DNA of 64,000 nucleotides from NCBI RefSeq assembly GCF_055900595.2, contig NZ_CM148325.1; one strand, 5' to 3'. Shown piece by piece: positions 44,518 to 55,265 of this stretch (position 1 is its first letter; each line of letters starts with the position of its first letter). The notes under the pieces were generated by a model. It saw only the letters and a program-made list of their open reading frames with translations, ran no database searches and was not told where the DNA came from. The position numbers and the translations under genes were made by a program.

Positions 44518-44858
44518 TGCACCGGATGGCAGTTTTACCTTTCGGTGCATCAATGAGATAAATGAAGGGCAATCAGTGAGATAAATGACGAATTGGAGTG
44601 GGTTACATGGGTTCTGGTGAACAGAAATGAAATTCTTTTTCTCTATGTGATAGACAAATCGGGAATTGAAATCATCCCTACAGGCAACTCAGAATCTGGG
44701 GGCTGAAAACGCTACGAACCATCAGATTTGGATAATATTCATCACCGTTTCGGCCTGATTGTATCCAATCTGGAAGAAAAGTTTCATGATTTTATGGGCG
44801 TTATCCTTATGGTGCTGGGCGACGAGAGTAATACTTCACGCCGGTTTTGTCGGATAAT

Positions 44859-44881
44859 CCAGAAATATAGGGGCAAATCCA
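44859..44881. repeat. Solo IS2 right-IR fragment (ccagaaatataggggcaaatcca)
   Basis: 22 of 23 nt match the reverse complement of the IS2 IRR at 30311..30333. Confidence 0.5.
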
Positions 44882-45099
44882 AACAGGAAAGATAGGGGGA
44901 GGGACGCGTTTCCGGCACAACCAGCGTTACGTCACCCTGCATTGTTAGTTACGAAAAGCGTACCGGAAACGCGGAACATTCTTTTAACACATTACAGGCA
45001 TTCGCACACATCTTTTTTCTTCTTTGTGCTCTGAACACTGCAGTGCTCAATTAATATTAGCCACGTTTTACAGTAAGAACGGTATCTGTTCTCTGATTC

Positions 45100-45821
<722 letters not shown>

Positions 45822-46758
45822 CTAGGCTATTTGTGCATTGGTGTTGAGGTGAGAATAGCACCAGTCAGGTGAGCAGATTATAATGTTACGAGACTTAAGC
45901 ACCTCTGTAGCTCCCATGGTCTGATAGTTTCTCCCGTATACCGCTCATGCAACTCCCGCATTAAAATATACTGTTCTTTCCGGATAATTACGTTAAAATA
46001 TACACCTGCGTGCATCTGTGTCAGACTCCGTTAGATACCAGCGTACATTGTAAACATGCCGGATGCACGCAATACAATAATCGGTCTTTTCGGAGTTATA
46101 GTCGCCAGGCTGGCATCCCGTAAATATGTATCAGGTAGCAATTCAGGAAGCGAACAAAAGCGCCTGGAGAAGGTTATCTCTGATAATAATTTACATGAAA
46201 TGTCTCCTTTATTCTTCGCGAATAAGGCCTTCAGTGTTCTCCCCTTTTCAGCAATTCTTACCGTAGTAATCACTCCTGCCTGTGTATAACACGAGAATTG
46301 CCAGAGTTTAACGTTTCGGTATCGTTATCCTGCATGATGTTGAACAGAACCGGGCGTGAATTCTGCGCCAGAATTTTCTTTCGAGGAACATTCCGGGTTA
46401 TCTGTAGTACAGGAGGAGATTTTCTCCTATTTCAAATAAAATTCAATGACAGGTGAATATTTAAATATAAATGCATCGCTTCAACAGAGAAATCGGAATT
46501 ACGCCCGGAACCAGGCCTGAATGAATAATGGAGGAGGTAAAATAATATTATTGATGAAACTATCAAATCAAGTCCCCCTTCTCCTTCCCCAGCTTAAATA
46601 TACTTACTTTTTCACTGGATAATATGTTATTGAATTACAAAGTTGATCCTGATATACAGGATTTCCGGCTCTTGCATCCAGTGATAACTTTATATAGTCC
46701 TGCAAAGGCGAACTTCGTAAAAGTATACTTTTCTGTTGTAAGCATTGAGGTATCGAAA

Positions 46759-46983
46759 ATGAGTGAGAATACCGGAAAATCCCATGAAAATAAAATGGTT
46801 ATTATTGACTGCGGGGAATATGATGAATACCTTCGTAACGCGTGGTTCCGAGGTTTTCGGGAAGGTTATGATATGGCGATGAAATTTGGATTAGGCTGCC
46901 AGCAATGTTATGAAACAGGTGAAAAAATAGCATGCGCAAGAGCTGAAGAATGCCGTAAAAAGATTAAGGTAATAAAACACTGA
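46759..46983 (+). CDS. Hypothetical small Cys-containing protein (74 aa)
   Basis: MSENTGKSHENKMVIIDCGEYDEY...GLGCQQCYETGEKIACARAEECRKK; internal Met of track ORF 46624..46983; no family recognised. Confidence 0.3.
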   Translation: MSENTGKSHENKMVIIDCGEYDEYLRNAWFRGFREGYDMAMKFGLGCQQCYETGEKIACARAEECRKKIKVIKH

Positions 46984-47111
46984 AACGGGCTGTCTGATAT
47001 TTCTGTGAGCTAAAAAGACACCGTAATACAGGTATCTCACAGTAACTGAAAGATATGCACATGCCGCCAGGGAAGATTAAGGGTAAGGGAGGATATCCCT
47101 TACCTGATTGA

Positions 47112-47636
47112 TTATGGGATGATACCACAGGCAATTCTTGCACCACCGCCACCTAGAGGTTCAGGATGGTCATCATGATTATCACCTCCTGCGTGGAGCA
47201 TTAGCGAACGGCCATCGAGCTCCTTTAATTCAGATAGTCTTGGCGCAAGCACCGGGTAGGTTGCTTTTCCGTCATGAGTGACATAAAGCGCAGGGAGATC
47301 ACCTAGGTGGCCATCAGGAGACCATGGACCGAGATGCTTCCCTGTTTTTTCCGGGTCAAAGTGACCACCTGCAGATAAAGCAGCGACAGTTTTTCCATCT
47401 TTCAGGGCAGGAGCACAACTTGCGTTTTCATGTACATGAAAACCATGAATGCCGGCGGGTAAGGAGTGAAGATCAGGGGTGAACAGCAGCCCGTAGGGTG
47501 TCTTCTGGATGGTTATTTTACCAATATTTCGCTCTTTTCCGTCACTATCAACAAGATTCATTGTTACATCTTTGGTGGCTGCATATCCACAGGATGATGT
47601 AGCCAGAATCACAAAGGCAATAAGTTTACGTTTCAT
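47112..47636 (-). CDS. sodC: Periplasmic Cu,Zn superoxide dismutase
   Basis: Signal peptide plus [52 protein letters not shown]. Confidence 0.85.
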   Translation of the reverse strand: MKRKLIAFVILATSSCGYAATKDVTMNLVDSDGKERNIGKITIQKTPYGLLFTPDLHSLPAGIHGFHVHENASCAPALKDGKTVAALSAGGHFDPEKTGKHLGPWSPDGHLGDLPALYVTHDGKATYPVLAPRLSELKELDGRSLMLHAGGDNHDDHPEPLGGGGARIACGIIP

Positions 47637-47731
47637 AAACCCTCTGTTAACAGGTTAAAGATTTACTCAATAACTGTTGCGAAATAACAGTCAGCCAGAT
47701 TTCAGGGGGATGGCTGTGCGCGAAATGAAGC

Positions 47732-48811
47732 TTACTGCATCATGACCTCACGAACGAAATCTTTTTTGAGCTGTGTACTGTACGCTTTGCCATAAAACTC
47801 CACCGTGGGCTCCGGGATCTCATTCAGATCCGGACGGAGCTGTTTGTTCATCGGCGTGGAGCCGAAGACTTTACTCAGTGCATGTTGCGTTTCAGGCTGA
47901 ATCAGCCAGTTGAGGAATAAGCGTGATGCCGCCGGATGTGGGCTGTTGGCGGCAATGGCAGCGATGTTACCGCCGCCAGGCATGCCAAACTCCGGTACGT
48001 AAAATTTCAGCCGCGAATTGATAGCCCCGGTTTTTTGTAGTCCGACAAGATGGTCTTCCCAGGATGGTGTCAGCATCAGCTCGCCGTCATTCAGGCGTGT
48101 CAGACTATCAGCACCGGAGGCCGTGCGGGTAATTTTGTCCTTATTAGCAGCAAACCACTGCCAGCCTTTCTGCCAGTTTTTCACCACTGCCGGGTCAACG
48201 CTCTCCGCTTCGCTGTTAAACGTGTCGCCCTGAGTAGTGACGATGCGCTGGATAAAGGCTTCCCCCGCGCCGCCGTTGTTCGGGTCGTTATAGCCGAACT
48301 TTTTCGGGTTGGCGTCGATAAAGCTCTGCAACTGCTCCAGCGTTTGTGGCAGCGCCCGGTCACCCATCTGCTGCGGGTCGTAAGCAAATCCGGTCTGGTT
48401 GCCCCAGAACGCCACGGCATAACCCTGGGTGTCAACGTTCTGAATCTGGTGAATGGCGTCGCCATAGCCCGGCAAATCGTCCACCTTCGCCAGCGCTTTC
48501 GCTCCCATTGCCACTGGCAGTTGCGCAACAGACAAGGCGATAACATCTATTTTACCCCTTTTTTTCCCCGCTTCTGCCAGCAACTTGTTCACGTTTCCGT
48601 CGATATTCCCTTCCGGGATGCGCACCTTAACGCCGTACTGCTGCTCAAAATCCTTCACAAAGCTGCGCCACTGCGGCTGTAAGTACCAGACGTTAAAGGT
48701 CACGCTGCCCTCTTTTTTCGCTTGGGCAATCAGGTCGGGGCTATCCGCCGCCGTTGCCAGCGAGCTGCACAGCAGGCCGCCCGCCAGAATCATCACTGTT
48801 TTTTTCATCAC
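47732..48811 (-). CDS. ABC transporter periplasmic substrate-binding protein (family 1)
   Basis: Signal peptide MMKKTVMILAGGLLCSSLATAA then SBP fold; same strand as two permeases and an ATPase. Confidence 0.75.
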   Translation of the reverse strand: MMKKTVMILAGGLLCSSLATAADSPDLIAQAKKEGSVTFNVWYLQPQWRSFVKDFEQQYGVKVRIPEGNIDGNVNKLLAEAGKKRGKIDVIALSVAQLPVAMGAKALAKVDDLPGYGDAIHQIQNVDTQGYAVAFWGNQTGFAYDPQQMGDRALPQTLEQLQSFIDANPKKFGYNDPNNGGAGEAFIQRIVTTQGDTFNSEAESVDPAVVKNWQKGWQWFAANKDKITRTASGADSLTRLNDGELMLTPSWEDHLVGLQKTGAINSRLKFYVPEFGMPGGGNIAAIAANSPHPAASRLFLNWLIQPETQHALSKVFGSTPMNKQLRPDLNEIPEPTVEFYGKAYSTQLKKDFVREVMMQ

Positions 48812-48829
48812 ATTATCTCCTGTAAAAGG

Positions 48830-49666
48830 TCAGGCTTTTCCCGTGGATTGCGACAGATAGTTCCCCTTCAGCAACTTCTCAATGATGACCATCAGGATGA
48901 CATTGGGGATCACCAGAATCATCGACACCACCGCCGCATCCGGGCGGACGAAGGAGTAGCCAAGGAAAGAGTAAAGAATGGTCGGAACGGTGATAAAGTC
49001 CGGCGCGCCCAGCACGTATGAGATGCCGAACTCTTCCAGGCTTCGCACCAGACAAAAAATCAGCGCCGCCAGGAAGCTCGGTTTTAACAGCGGCAGATAG
49101 GCATTGCAGAAGGTGTCCCACGCGCCGGAGCCCAGGTCGCGGCTGGCGTCGATCAGATCCTGCGGCACAGACTTAAACCCCGCAGACATAATGCGGATCG
49201 AATAGGGTAGCGTCAGTACCGTATGGCCGATAACAATGCTGATAAACGCGTTGTCGATATTGAGGTTGATCAGCATGGCGCTGAAAAAAATCCCGATCAG
49301 CATCCCCGGCATCACCAGCGGGATCAGCGTCAGCATCTCCGCCACCGCCTTACCGCGAAAGGTCATGCGCCCGAAGGCATACGCGGTGGGTAGCGACAGC
49401 AGCAGGCTGGCGACCGCTACCGCAGGCGCAATGGTGTAGCTGTTGAACAGCGCCTCGGAAAGCGAAGTCTTTTCCCATACCAGCAGCCAGCGGCTGAACG
49501 ACAGCACCGGCGGGAAGATATCCGGGTAGCTCCACGGATGGGCCGGGTCAACCAGCGACCAGAGGATCGCCATGCCGAACGGCATACCCAGCCAGATCAG
49601 ATTAGCGACCACGAAGAAGATCAGCGAAATCGTCACCACCCGGCGACCGTTGGCAGTGTGGCTCAT
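48830..49666 (-). CDS. ABC transporter permease
   Basis: Six-TM permease with EAA-like loop. Confidence 0.8.
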   Translation of the reverse strand: MSHTANGRRVVTISLIFFVVANLIWLGMPFGMAILWSLVDPAHPWSYPDIFPPVLSFSRWLLVWEKTSLSEALFNSYTIAPAVAVASLLLSLPTAYAFGRMTFRGKAVAEMLTLIPLVMPGMLIGIFFSAMLINLNIDNAFISIVIGHTVLTLPYSIRIMSAGFKSVPQDLIDASRDLGSGAWDTFCNAYLPLLKPSFLAALIFCLVRSLEEFGISYVLGAPDFITVPTILYSFLGYSFVRPDAAVVSMILVIPNVILMVIIEKLLKGNYLSQSTGKA

Positions 49667-50529
49667 TTGACCTCTCCTTTGCGGGTGGCGAACGGGGTAA
49701 TCAGTGTGGCAATCAGCAACGTGCAGATAGCCGCCGTGACCATAATGATCACCGCAATCACCGCCGCGTTATTCCACTCGCCGTACTCCATGGCGGTGGC
49801 CTGCATCAGCCGCGCCAGCGAGTAGGTGTTGCGTGGCCCGGCCACCGAGAAGAAGGCGAAATCGCCCAGCGCGCCGATAAATACCAGAATCAGCGTCACC
49901 TGCACGGCGGGCAGCGTCAGCGGCACCACCACGCCGGTAAAACTGCGCCAGCGGCTGGCACCGAGATTGCTGGCGGCGTCCAGCACGTCGTTACGGATGG
50001 CGTTGACTGCGCCGCCGACGAGGATCAGGGCGAAGGGCAGGTTTTTCCAGATTTGCAGGATAACCACGCCCCAGCCGAAGTCATCGTTCTGCATCCGCAG
50101 CGGCTCGCTGATAATCCCCAGCGCCAGCAGCAGTTCGTTGATAATGCCGTGATAAGCGACGATATTGACGAACAGAAACGCCGCCACCAGACCGGGGATA
50201 AACATCGGCGCACGCAGCACCGCGATAATGCCCTCTTTATAGGCCATCGGTTTACGCAGCCACAGCGCCAGCGGATAGGCGAAAATCACCGAGCCGAACG
50301 CCCCCAGCAGTGACACTTTCACTGAGTAGAACAGGGCGCTTTGCAACACTTCGTCCTGCAACATATTGCGCCAGTATTCCAGCGAGAAATTGCTGTCGCC
50401 TTCGATGTTGAACCAGCCCAGGCTCTGGACGATCACCACATAAAACGTCGATCCCATCAGTAGTAGGATCGTGCCCAGCCCGCTGAGCATCAGCAGCCAG
50501 GCGACCGCATCATTGCGCCAGTTTTTCAT
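49663..50529 (-). CDS. ABC transporter permease
   Basis: Six-TM permease; start/stop overlap with neighbouring genes. Confidence 0.8.
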   Translation of the reverse strand: MKNWRNDAVAWLLMLSGLGTILLLMGSTFYVVIVQSLGWFNIEGDSNFSLEYWRNMLQDEVLQSALFYSVKVSLLGAFGSVIFAYPLALWLRKPMAYKEGIIAVLRAPMFIPGLVAAFLFVNIVAYHGIINELLLALGIISEPLRMQNDDFGWGVVILQIWKNLPFALILVGGAVNAIRNDVLDAASNLGASRWRSFTGVVVPLTLPAVQVTLILVFIGALGDFAFFSVAGPRNTYSLARLMQATAMEYGEWNNAAVIAVIIMVTAAICTLLIATLITPFATRKGEVK

Positions 50530-51593
50530 GATACCGGCTCCAGAAAATGGATGGCGTTTTCCGCCAGACGGAAGCAGGCACTCTCGCCGGGGGCGACGGG
50601 CGGCTTTTTAATTAGCTGTAAGCGGACCGATAACCCGCTGTCGTTGTGGCCCCAGGCTTCGGTGAGGTTGCCCATAAAGGCCATTTTGTCGAGCGTCAGG
50701 GAGAAGTGGTTGTTGCCTGCCTGAGGCTGGCTGACATACTGCGCATCTTCCGGTCGCCAGCAGATATAGCAGTGCTCTGTGCGTGGCGGCTGTACGGAAT
50801 GCACATAAAACTCGCCGAGGGCACAGCGTACCCGGTAATAGCCCGGCTGCTCTGAGGGCGTGACCTGCGCGGTGTCGATATTGGCCGCGCCGATAAAGTC
50901 GGCCACAAAGCGGTTGGCCGGACGGTAGTAAATCTCTTCCGGTTTGCCTATTTGCTCAACATTACCGGCGTTCAGCACCACAATTTTATCCGACATCGCC
51001 AGCGCTTCCGCCTGGTCGTGTGTGACGTAGATCGAGGTGAGCTGATACTGCCGCTGGAGTTCCTTGATTTCAAAACGCACGCTTTCGCGCAGCTTGGCAT
51101 CAAGGTTGGAGAGAGGTTCGTCGAACAGGATCACGTCCGGGCGGGTGATCATCGCCCGCGCCAGCGCCACGCGCTGCTGCTGGCCGCCGGAGAGCTGGGC
51201 GGGCATTTTCAGGCGCTGGCTCTCCAGCCCCACCTGCTTCAGCGCCTCCGTCAGCCGGTCCTGCTGTTCACTGATAGCGACTTTTTTCTGCTTCAGGCCG
51301 AAGCAGATGTTGTGTGCCACGTTGAGGTGCGGAAACAGCGCATAGGACTGGAAACACATGGCGGTATTGCGCTTTTCTGGCGGCAGGGCGTTGACCGTTT
51401 TATCGCCAATAAGAATGCGTCCGCTGTCCGGCTGGTGAAAACCGCCGATCATTTTCAGCAGGGTGGTTTTACCGCAGCCGCTCGGCCCAAGCAGGGTCAC
51501 GAACTCCCCCTCTTCGGCGCAGAACGAGATTTCTCTGGCGGCATAGAATTCGCCGAAGGTTTTGGTCACCTGTTCCAGAACCAGTTTTGACAT
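50526..51593 (-). CDS. ABC transporter ATP-binding protein (MalK/PotA/UgpC-type with C-terminal regulatory domain)
   Basis: Walker [10 protein letters not shown], signature [13 protein letters not shown], Walker B ILFDEP; start taken at MSKLV (track ORF starts 15 nt upstream). Confidence 0.85.
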   Translation of the reverse strand: MSKLVLEQVTKTFGEFYAAREISFCAEEGEFVTLLGPSGCGKTTLLKMIGGFHQPDSGRILIGDKTVNALPPEKRNTAMCFQSYALFPHLNVAHNICFGLKQKKVAISEQQDRLTEALKQVGLESQRLKMPAQLSGGQQQRVALARAMITRPDVILFDEPLSNLDAKLRESVRFEIKELQRQYQLTSIYVTHDQAEALAMSDKIVVLNAGNVEQIGKPEEIYYRPANRFVADFIGAANIDTAQVTPSEQPGYYRVRCALGEFYVHSVQPPRTEHCYICWRPEDAQYVSQPQAGNNHFSLTLDKMAFMGNLTEAWGHNDSGLSVRLQLIKKPPVAPGESACFRLAENAIHFLEPVS

Positions 51594-51808
51594 GAGTCTC
51601 TCTTCCATCGGTTAAAAAGATGATTATTAAATTTACATACTAAACATTAAATTTATGTGACACAGATCCTTAAAGCTAAAAAATGATCTAAATATCAAAT
51701 TAAAAGCATATAAAACAATGGGTTAACCATAAAATAACAAAAACATCTTTCACATTTAAATTTAAGTAGTAAAGTTAATTACCATCTTACATTCGAGAGG
51801 AAAAGAAG

Positions 51809-52639
51809 ATGGCGTTTAACTTTCACCGGGCGGCAGAGGGGATCGTGCTGGCCAACAGCCACCGAGGTTATTCCAGCTGCGCGCCGGAGAACACATTCCC
51901 GGCCTTTGAAGCCGCCCGCCTGGCGGGAACCCACTGTATTGAAATCGATATCCACCTGACGGCGGATAACCAACTGGTGGTCACGCACGATCACCGTATC
52001 GACCGGGTATCCACCGGACACGGATTTGTGGAGCAGATGACGTACCCGCAGCTGCTGGCGTGCGACTTTGGCGTGAAATACCATCCGTCGTTTGCCGGAA
52101 CGCGCATCCCCTTGCTGGCGGACGTGCTGCGCTGGGCGGTGGAAAACAGCATGGGGCTGATTGTTGAGGTCAAACAGCGCAACCGCCATGACGAGTTTGT
52201 GGCGGCGCTGGTCGCACTGCTGCATGAGCATCTGGATGCCCTCGGCCATATCCAGTTGCTGGGCTTCAACCATGTGCTGATCAACCGGGTGAAGGCGCAA
52301 ATCCCGCAACTGGCGTTACAGGTGGTGACGCTGGAGCGCTACAATAACCAGCTTGCGGCTGTACAGCAGTCCAATGCCGGATGCGTCTGCTTTGAGTTCG
52401 AGTTCGCCCATATCGACGACCTGCGGGCCTACAAAAATGCCGGACTGGGCGTGCGGATGTATCTGCATGAAATGAAAAACGGCATGACGCCGCTGGAGCA
52501 GTACGACTATAAATTCGGCTGTGACAGTCGTCCGGTGATTATCGGCTGGATGCAGGCGGGGCTGATTGATATGCTCAGCCACGATGATATTCCGTATTTG
52601 CAGGGACTGATTGAAGAAGCAGGCCTGCGCTGGAACTAG
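51809..52639 (+). CDS. Glycerophosphodiester phosphodiesterase (GDPD family)
   Basis: HRG...PENT...E(I)D(I)H GDPD catalytic motifs. Confidence 0.8.
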   Translation: MAFNFHRAAEGIVLANSHRGYSSCAPENTFPAFEAARLAGTHCIEIDIHLTADNQLVVTHDHRIDRVSTGHGFVEQMTYPQLLACDFGVKYHPSFAGTRIPLLADVLRWAVENSMGLIVEVKQRNRHDEFVAALVALLHEHLDALGHIQLLGFNHVLINRVKAQIPQLALQVVTLERYNNQLAAVQQSNAGCVCFEFEFAHIDDLRAYKNAGLGVRMYLHEMKNGMTPLEQYDYKFGCDSRPVIIGWMQAGLIDMLSHDDIPYLQGLIEEAGLRWN

Positions 52640-52654
52640 AAAAATAAGGACACC

Positions 52655-53767
52655 ATGAACGCCCACTCTGAACGCCTTGAACTACGTGGTTCGCAGCGCC
52701 TGCTGCTGGAACTGATCCGTCTCCACGCCCCGGTGACGCGGGCTGAACTGGCACGGCTGTCGGGACTGACGGCGGGGGCGATCACCCAACAGTGCCGAGA
52801 GCTGATGTTCTCCGGCCTGGTGGTGGAAGGGGAGCGCAATACCGGGCAGCGCGGCCAGCCGTCGCTGCCGTTGCGCCTTAACCCCGGCGGCGGTTGTGCT
52901 ATCGGGTTGTCGTTCAGTCCCGGTTTTATCGATATGACGGTGGTCGATCTCAGTGGTCGCCAGCTGCTGTCGCTTTGCGAAGCACATCAGGAGAATCAGC
53001 CACTGGAGGCCTCTCTCGCGCAGATCAAAACCTTGGTGGAGAAAATGCTGAAAAAGCGCCAGCTCCAGCACGCACGTATTCTCGGCATTGGCTATGCAGT
53101 GCCCGGATTTCTGAAAGCGGATGGTCGCAAGCGCCACAGCGTACCGTGGCTGGAGAGCTGGCGTGAGGTAGATCTCCAGCAGGCGTTTGCCGACAACCTG
53201 CCGTGGCCGACGTGGGTGGAAAATAATGCCAACGCCTCGGCGGTAGGTGAACTGTACAGCGGCAAATGGAATGCGTACAGCGATCTAACCTTTATCGACC
53301 TTGGCTACGGTATCGGCGCGGGTATTATCTCCGGGAATAAAATGCTACGCGGCGGGTTCTGCAATGCCGGTGAAGTCGGGATGGCGTTTCCATCCGGTAC
53401 ACCGCGCCCGTCGTATAAGGATTTGCTTGCCACACTGGAGCGTGAAGGATTCAGTGAAACTAAGCTACCGGAGCTGATAGCCGGGCAGCACCCACTGCTG
53501 GAAAGCTGGTTTGAACGCTGTCGTGGCCAGGTGGAGCAGACGCTCTTCAGCTGTGTGCAGTGGGTAGACCCGCAAATCATCGTACTCGGTGGCGCGATGC
53601 CGAAACCGATTATCAGTCGTCTGGTGCAGGAACTGAATCAACTGATGGAAGCCTGCCTCGATCCCAACCGCCCCAGAGTGAAGTTAGCTGCCTCTTCGAT
53701 GGGAGCACAGAGTGCGTCATGCGGCGCGGCGATGCTCCCGTTGTATAAGGTGATTAATAATGGATAA
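52655..53767 (+). CDS. ROK-family transcriptional regulator (NagC/Mlc-like)
   Basis: N-terminal HTH plus ROK sugar-kinase-like fold. Confidence 0.8.
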   Translation: MNAHSERLELRGSQRLLLELIRLHAPVTRAELARLSGLTAGAITQQCRELMFSGLVVEGERNTGQRGQPSLPLRLNPGGGCAIGLSFSPGFIDMTVVDLSGRQLLSLCEAHQENQPLEASLAQIKTLVEKMLKKRQLQHARILGIGYAVPGFLKADGRKRHSVPWLESWREVDLQQAFADNLPWPTWVENNANASAVGELYSGKWNAYSDLTFIDLGYGIGAGIISGNKMLRGGFCNAGEVGMAFPSGTPRPSYKDLLATLEREGFSETKLPELIAGQHPLLESWFERCRGQVEQTLFSCVQWVDPQIIVLGGAMPKPIISRLVQELNQLMEACLDPNRPRVKLAASSMGAQSASCGAAMLPLYKVINNG

Positions 53768-54346
53768 GAAGTTATGTGATTGTTGCTTCTGAAAGTGATA
53801 TTTTATGTTGTTAAAATGTAAAGTAATAATACAATGAGCTATCCATGATGGGGTTCTGTAAATAAACAAAACACTCTCTTCAATTCTGCTCACCTTCGGT
53901 ATTTGTGTATCATCACTGGCTACTGATAAAAACAGAACCGTCAGTTTTCCACGATGTGAAGGGCAGGAATCATCGGCTGTTGCAGCCAGCGTCAAACGGG
54001 ACTATCTCCAGAAACAGGTGCTTCACTGGAAAGATGACTAGGTGATCTTCAGTTAGCAGCATCCTGTTGTCTGGGTGAATCTTCGTGAGCTGGTAAGTAA
54101 AGGTGATAATTTAGTCACAGTGCATCTCACCGCCCGGGGGAAGAAAGCCGATATTCAGTATCGGGTGCGCATTGACTGTAAGAACGAAAACGCTATCTGG
54201 CAGCGCCAGAGATGAACGTATGGAGATAATCACAGAGTATGAACAAAAGGACTCTACATGTTCATTATGACTAAAAAACGCTGTTTTATTTTACGTTGCT
54301 GTCATAACGTGTTTATCTCAATTTTCGGGAACATGTTCTTAGCGGT

Positions 54347-54432
54347 TAGACTGGCCCCCTGAATCTCCTGCGTTTGAAGGACAGTAACAGGTTAAGTGAT
54401 AACAGATGTATGAAAATATAGAGATACATCCA
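54347..54432. repeat. IS2-derived miniature: IS2 left IR (22 bp) joined to a diverged IS2 right-IR-like sequence, no transposase
   Basis: tagactggccccctgaatctcc ... gttaagtgataacagatgtatgaaaatatagagatacatcca versus IS2 ends at 31619..31640 and 30311..30352. Confidence 0.55.
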
Positions 54433-54437
54433 AGGAA

Positions 54438-54463
54438 GAGCCACTTTTGCGCCGTTCGTGACA
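54438..54463. repeat. Second solo IS21-type IR-like copy (gagccacttttgcgccgttcgtgaca)
   Basis: About 80% identical to the copy at 35272..35297. Confidence 0.45.
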
Positions 54464-55265
54464 GTTTTGTCATGTCCTTGCTCCGGCCTGGTTTTATGTT
54501 CATAAGTCCTTCTTCACCAGTATCTTTGTAAACCTTCACCCAGTGCCAGATAATGGTTTCATTTGATATATTAAACTGTGTAGTGGCCTAGCGCATGGTA
54601 AGTTCTTCACTCAAACCTTCAGGACAACTGTCAGTCGAAACTCAGGAGAGCCGCGGTCATTTTGCCATGTAATACCATCAATACCGTGGAGTTGCCAGCC
54701 CTTGACCCAGCATCGCTCTGATGTTTCTTCAACACCAAAACGTTCAGCGGTACGACGTGTACCATCGTGTCCGGCAATATAATGATTAACTACAGCTTAT
54801 TCGGTTTAGAGAAAATATTTTGGCTTTGCCATAAAAACTAACCTTAATCAGTTGGATGTCCAACTTTTGGAGGGAGAGTCCAACGATGGTACAGGATTTA
54901 TTCATGTTAATTTTTCACAAGCTCCTTTATTCGTGTGATGTTAATCACAAAATACCAAAGAGAACGTTGAAAAAATAATGATACATTGTAAAAGATATAT
55001 TAATTAATTTTTCATAATTTTATTATATATGCTGCATGTCAATTATTTATATACCAAAAACCGAACAAAAATATTTATTATAGGTATTATGAAATAACCT
55101 TTCCATATTGTTTATTTTAATGCAATCAGCACAGATTACTTCAAAAATATAATTAGATGCATGAAAAGGGAGAAACAATATATTTTATTGTTTAAGATAT
55201 TTTGTTCAACATGTATGCTGAGAGATAAACTTATCGATACTTAAAAAATCCGAAAAGGAGGAATA

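Noticed and set aside
48050-48682. 210-aa plus-strand ORF
   Set aside because: Lies entirely antisense within the ABC substrate-binding protein gene; no independent support.
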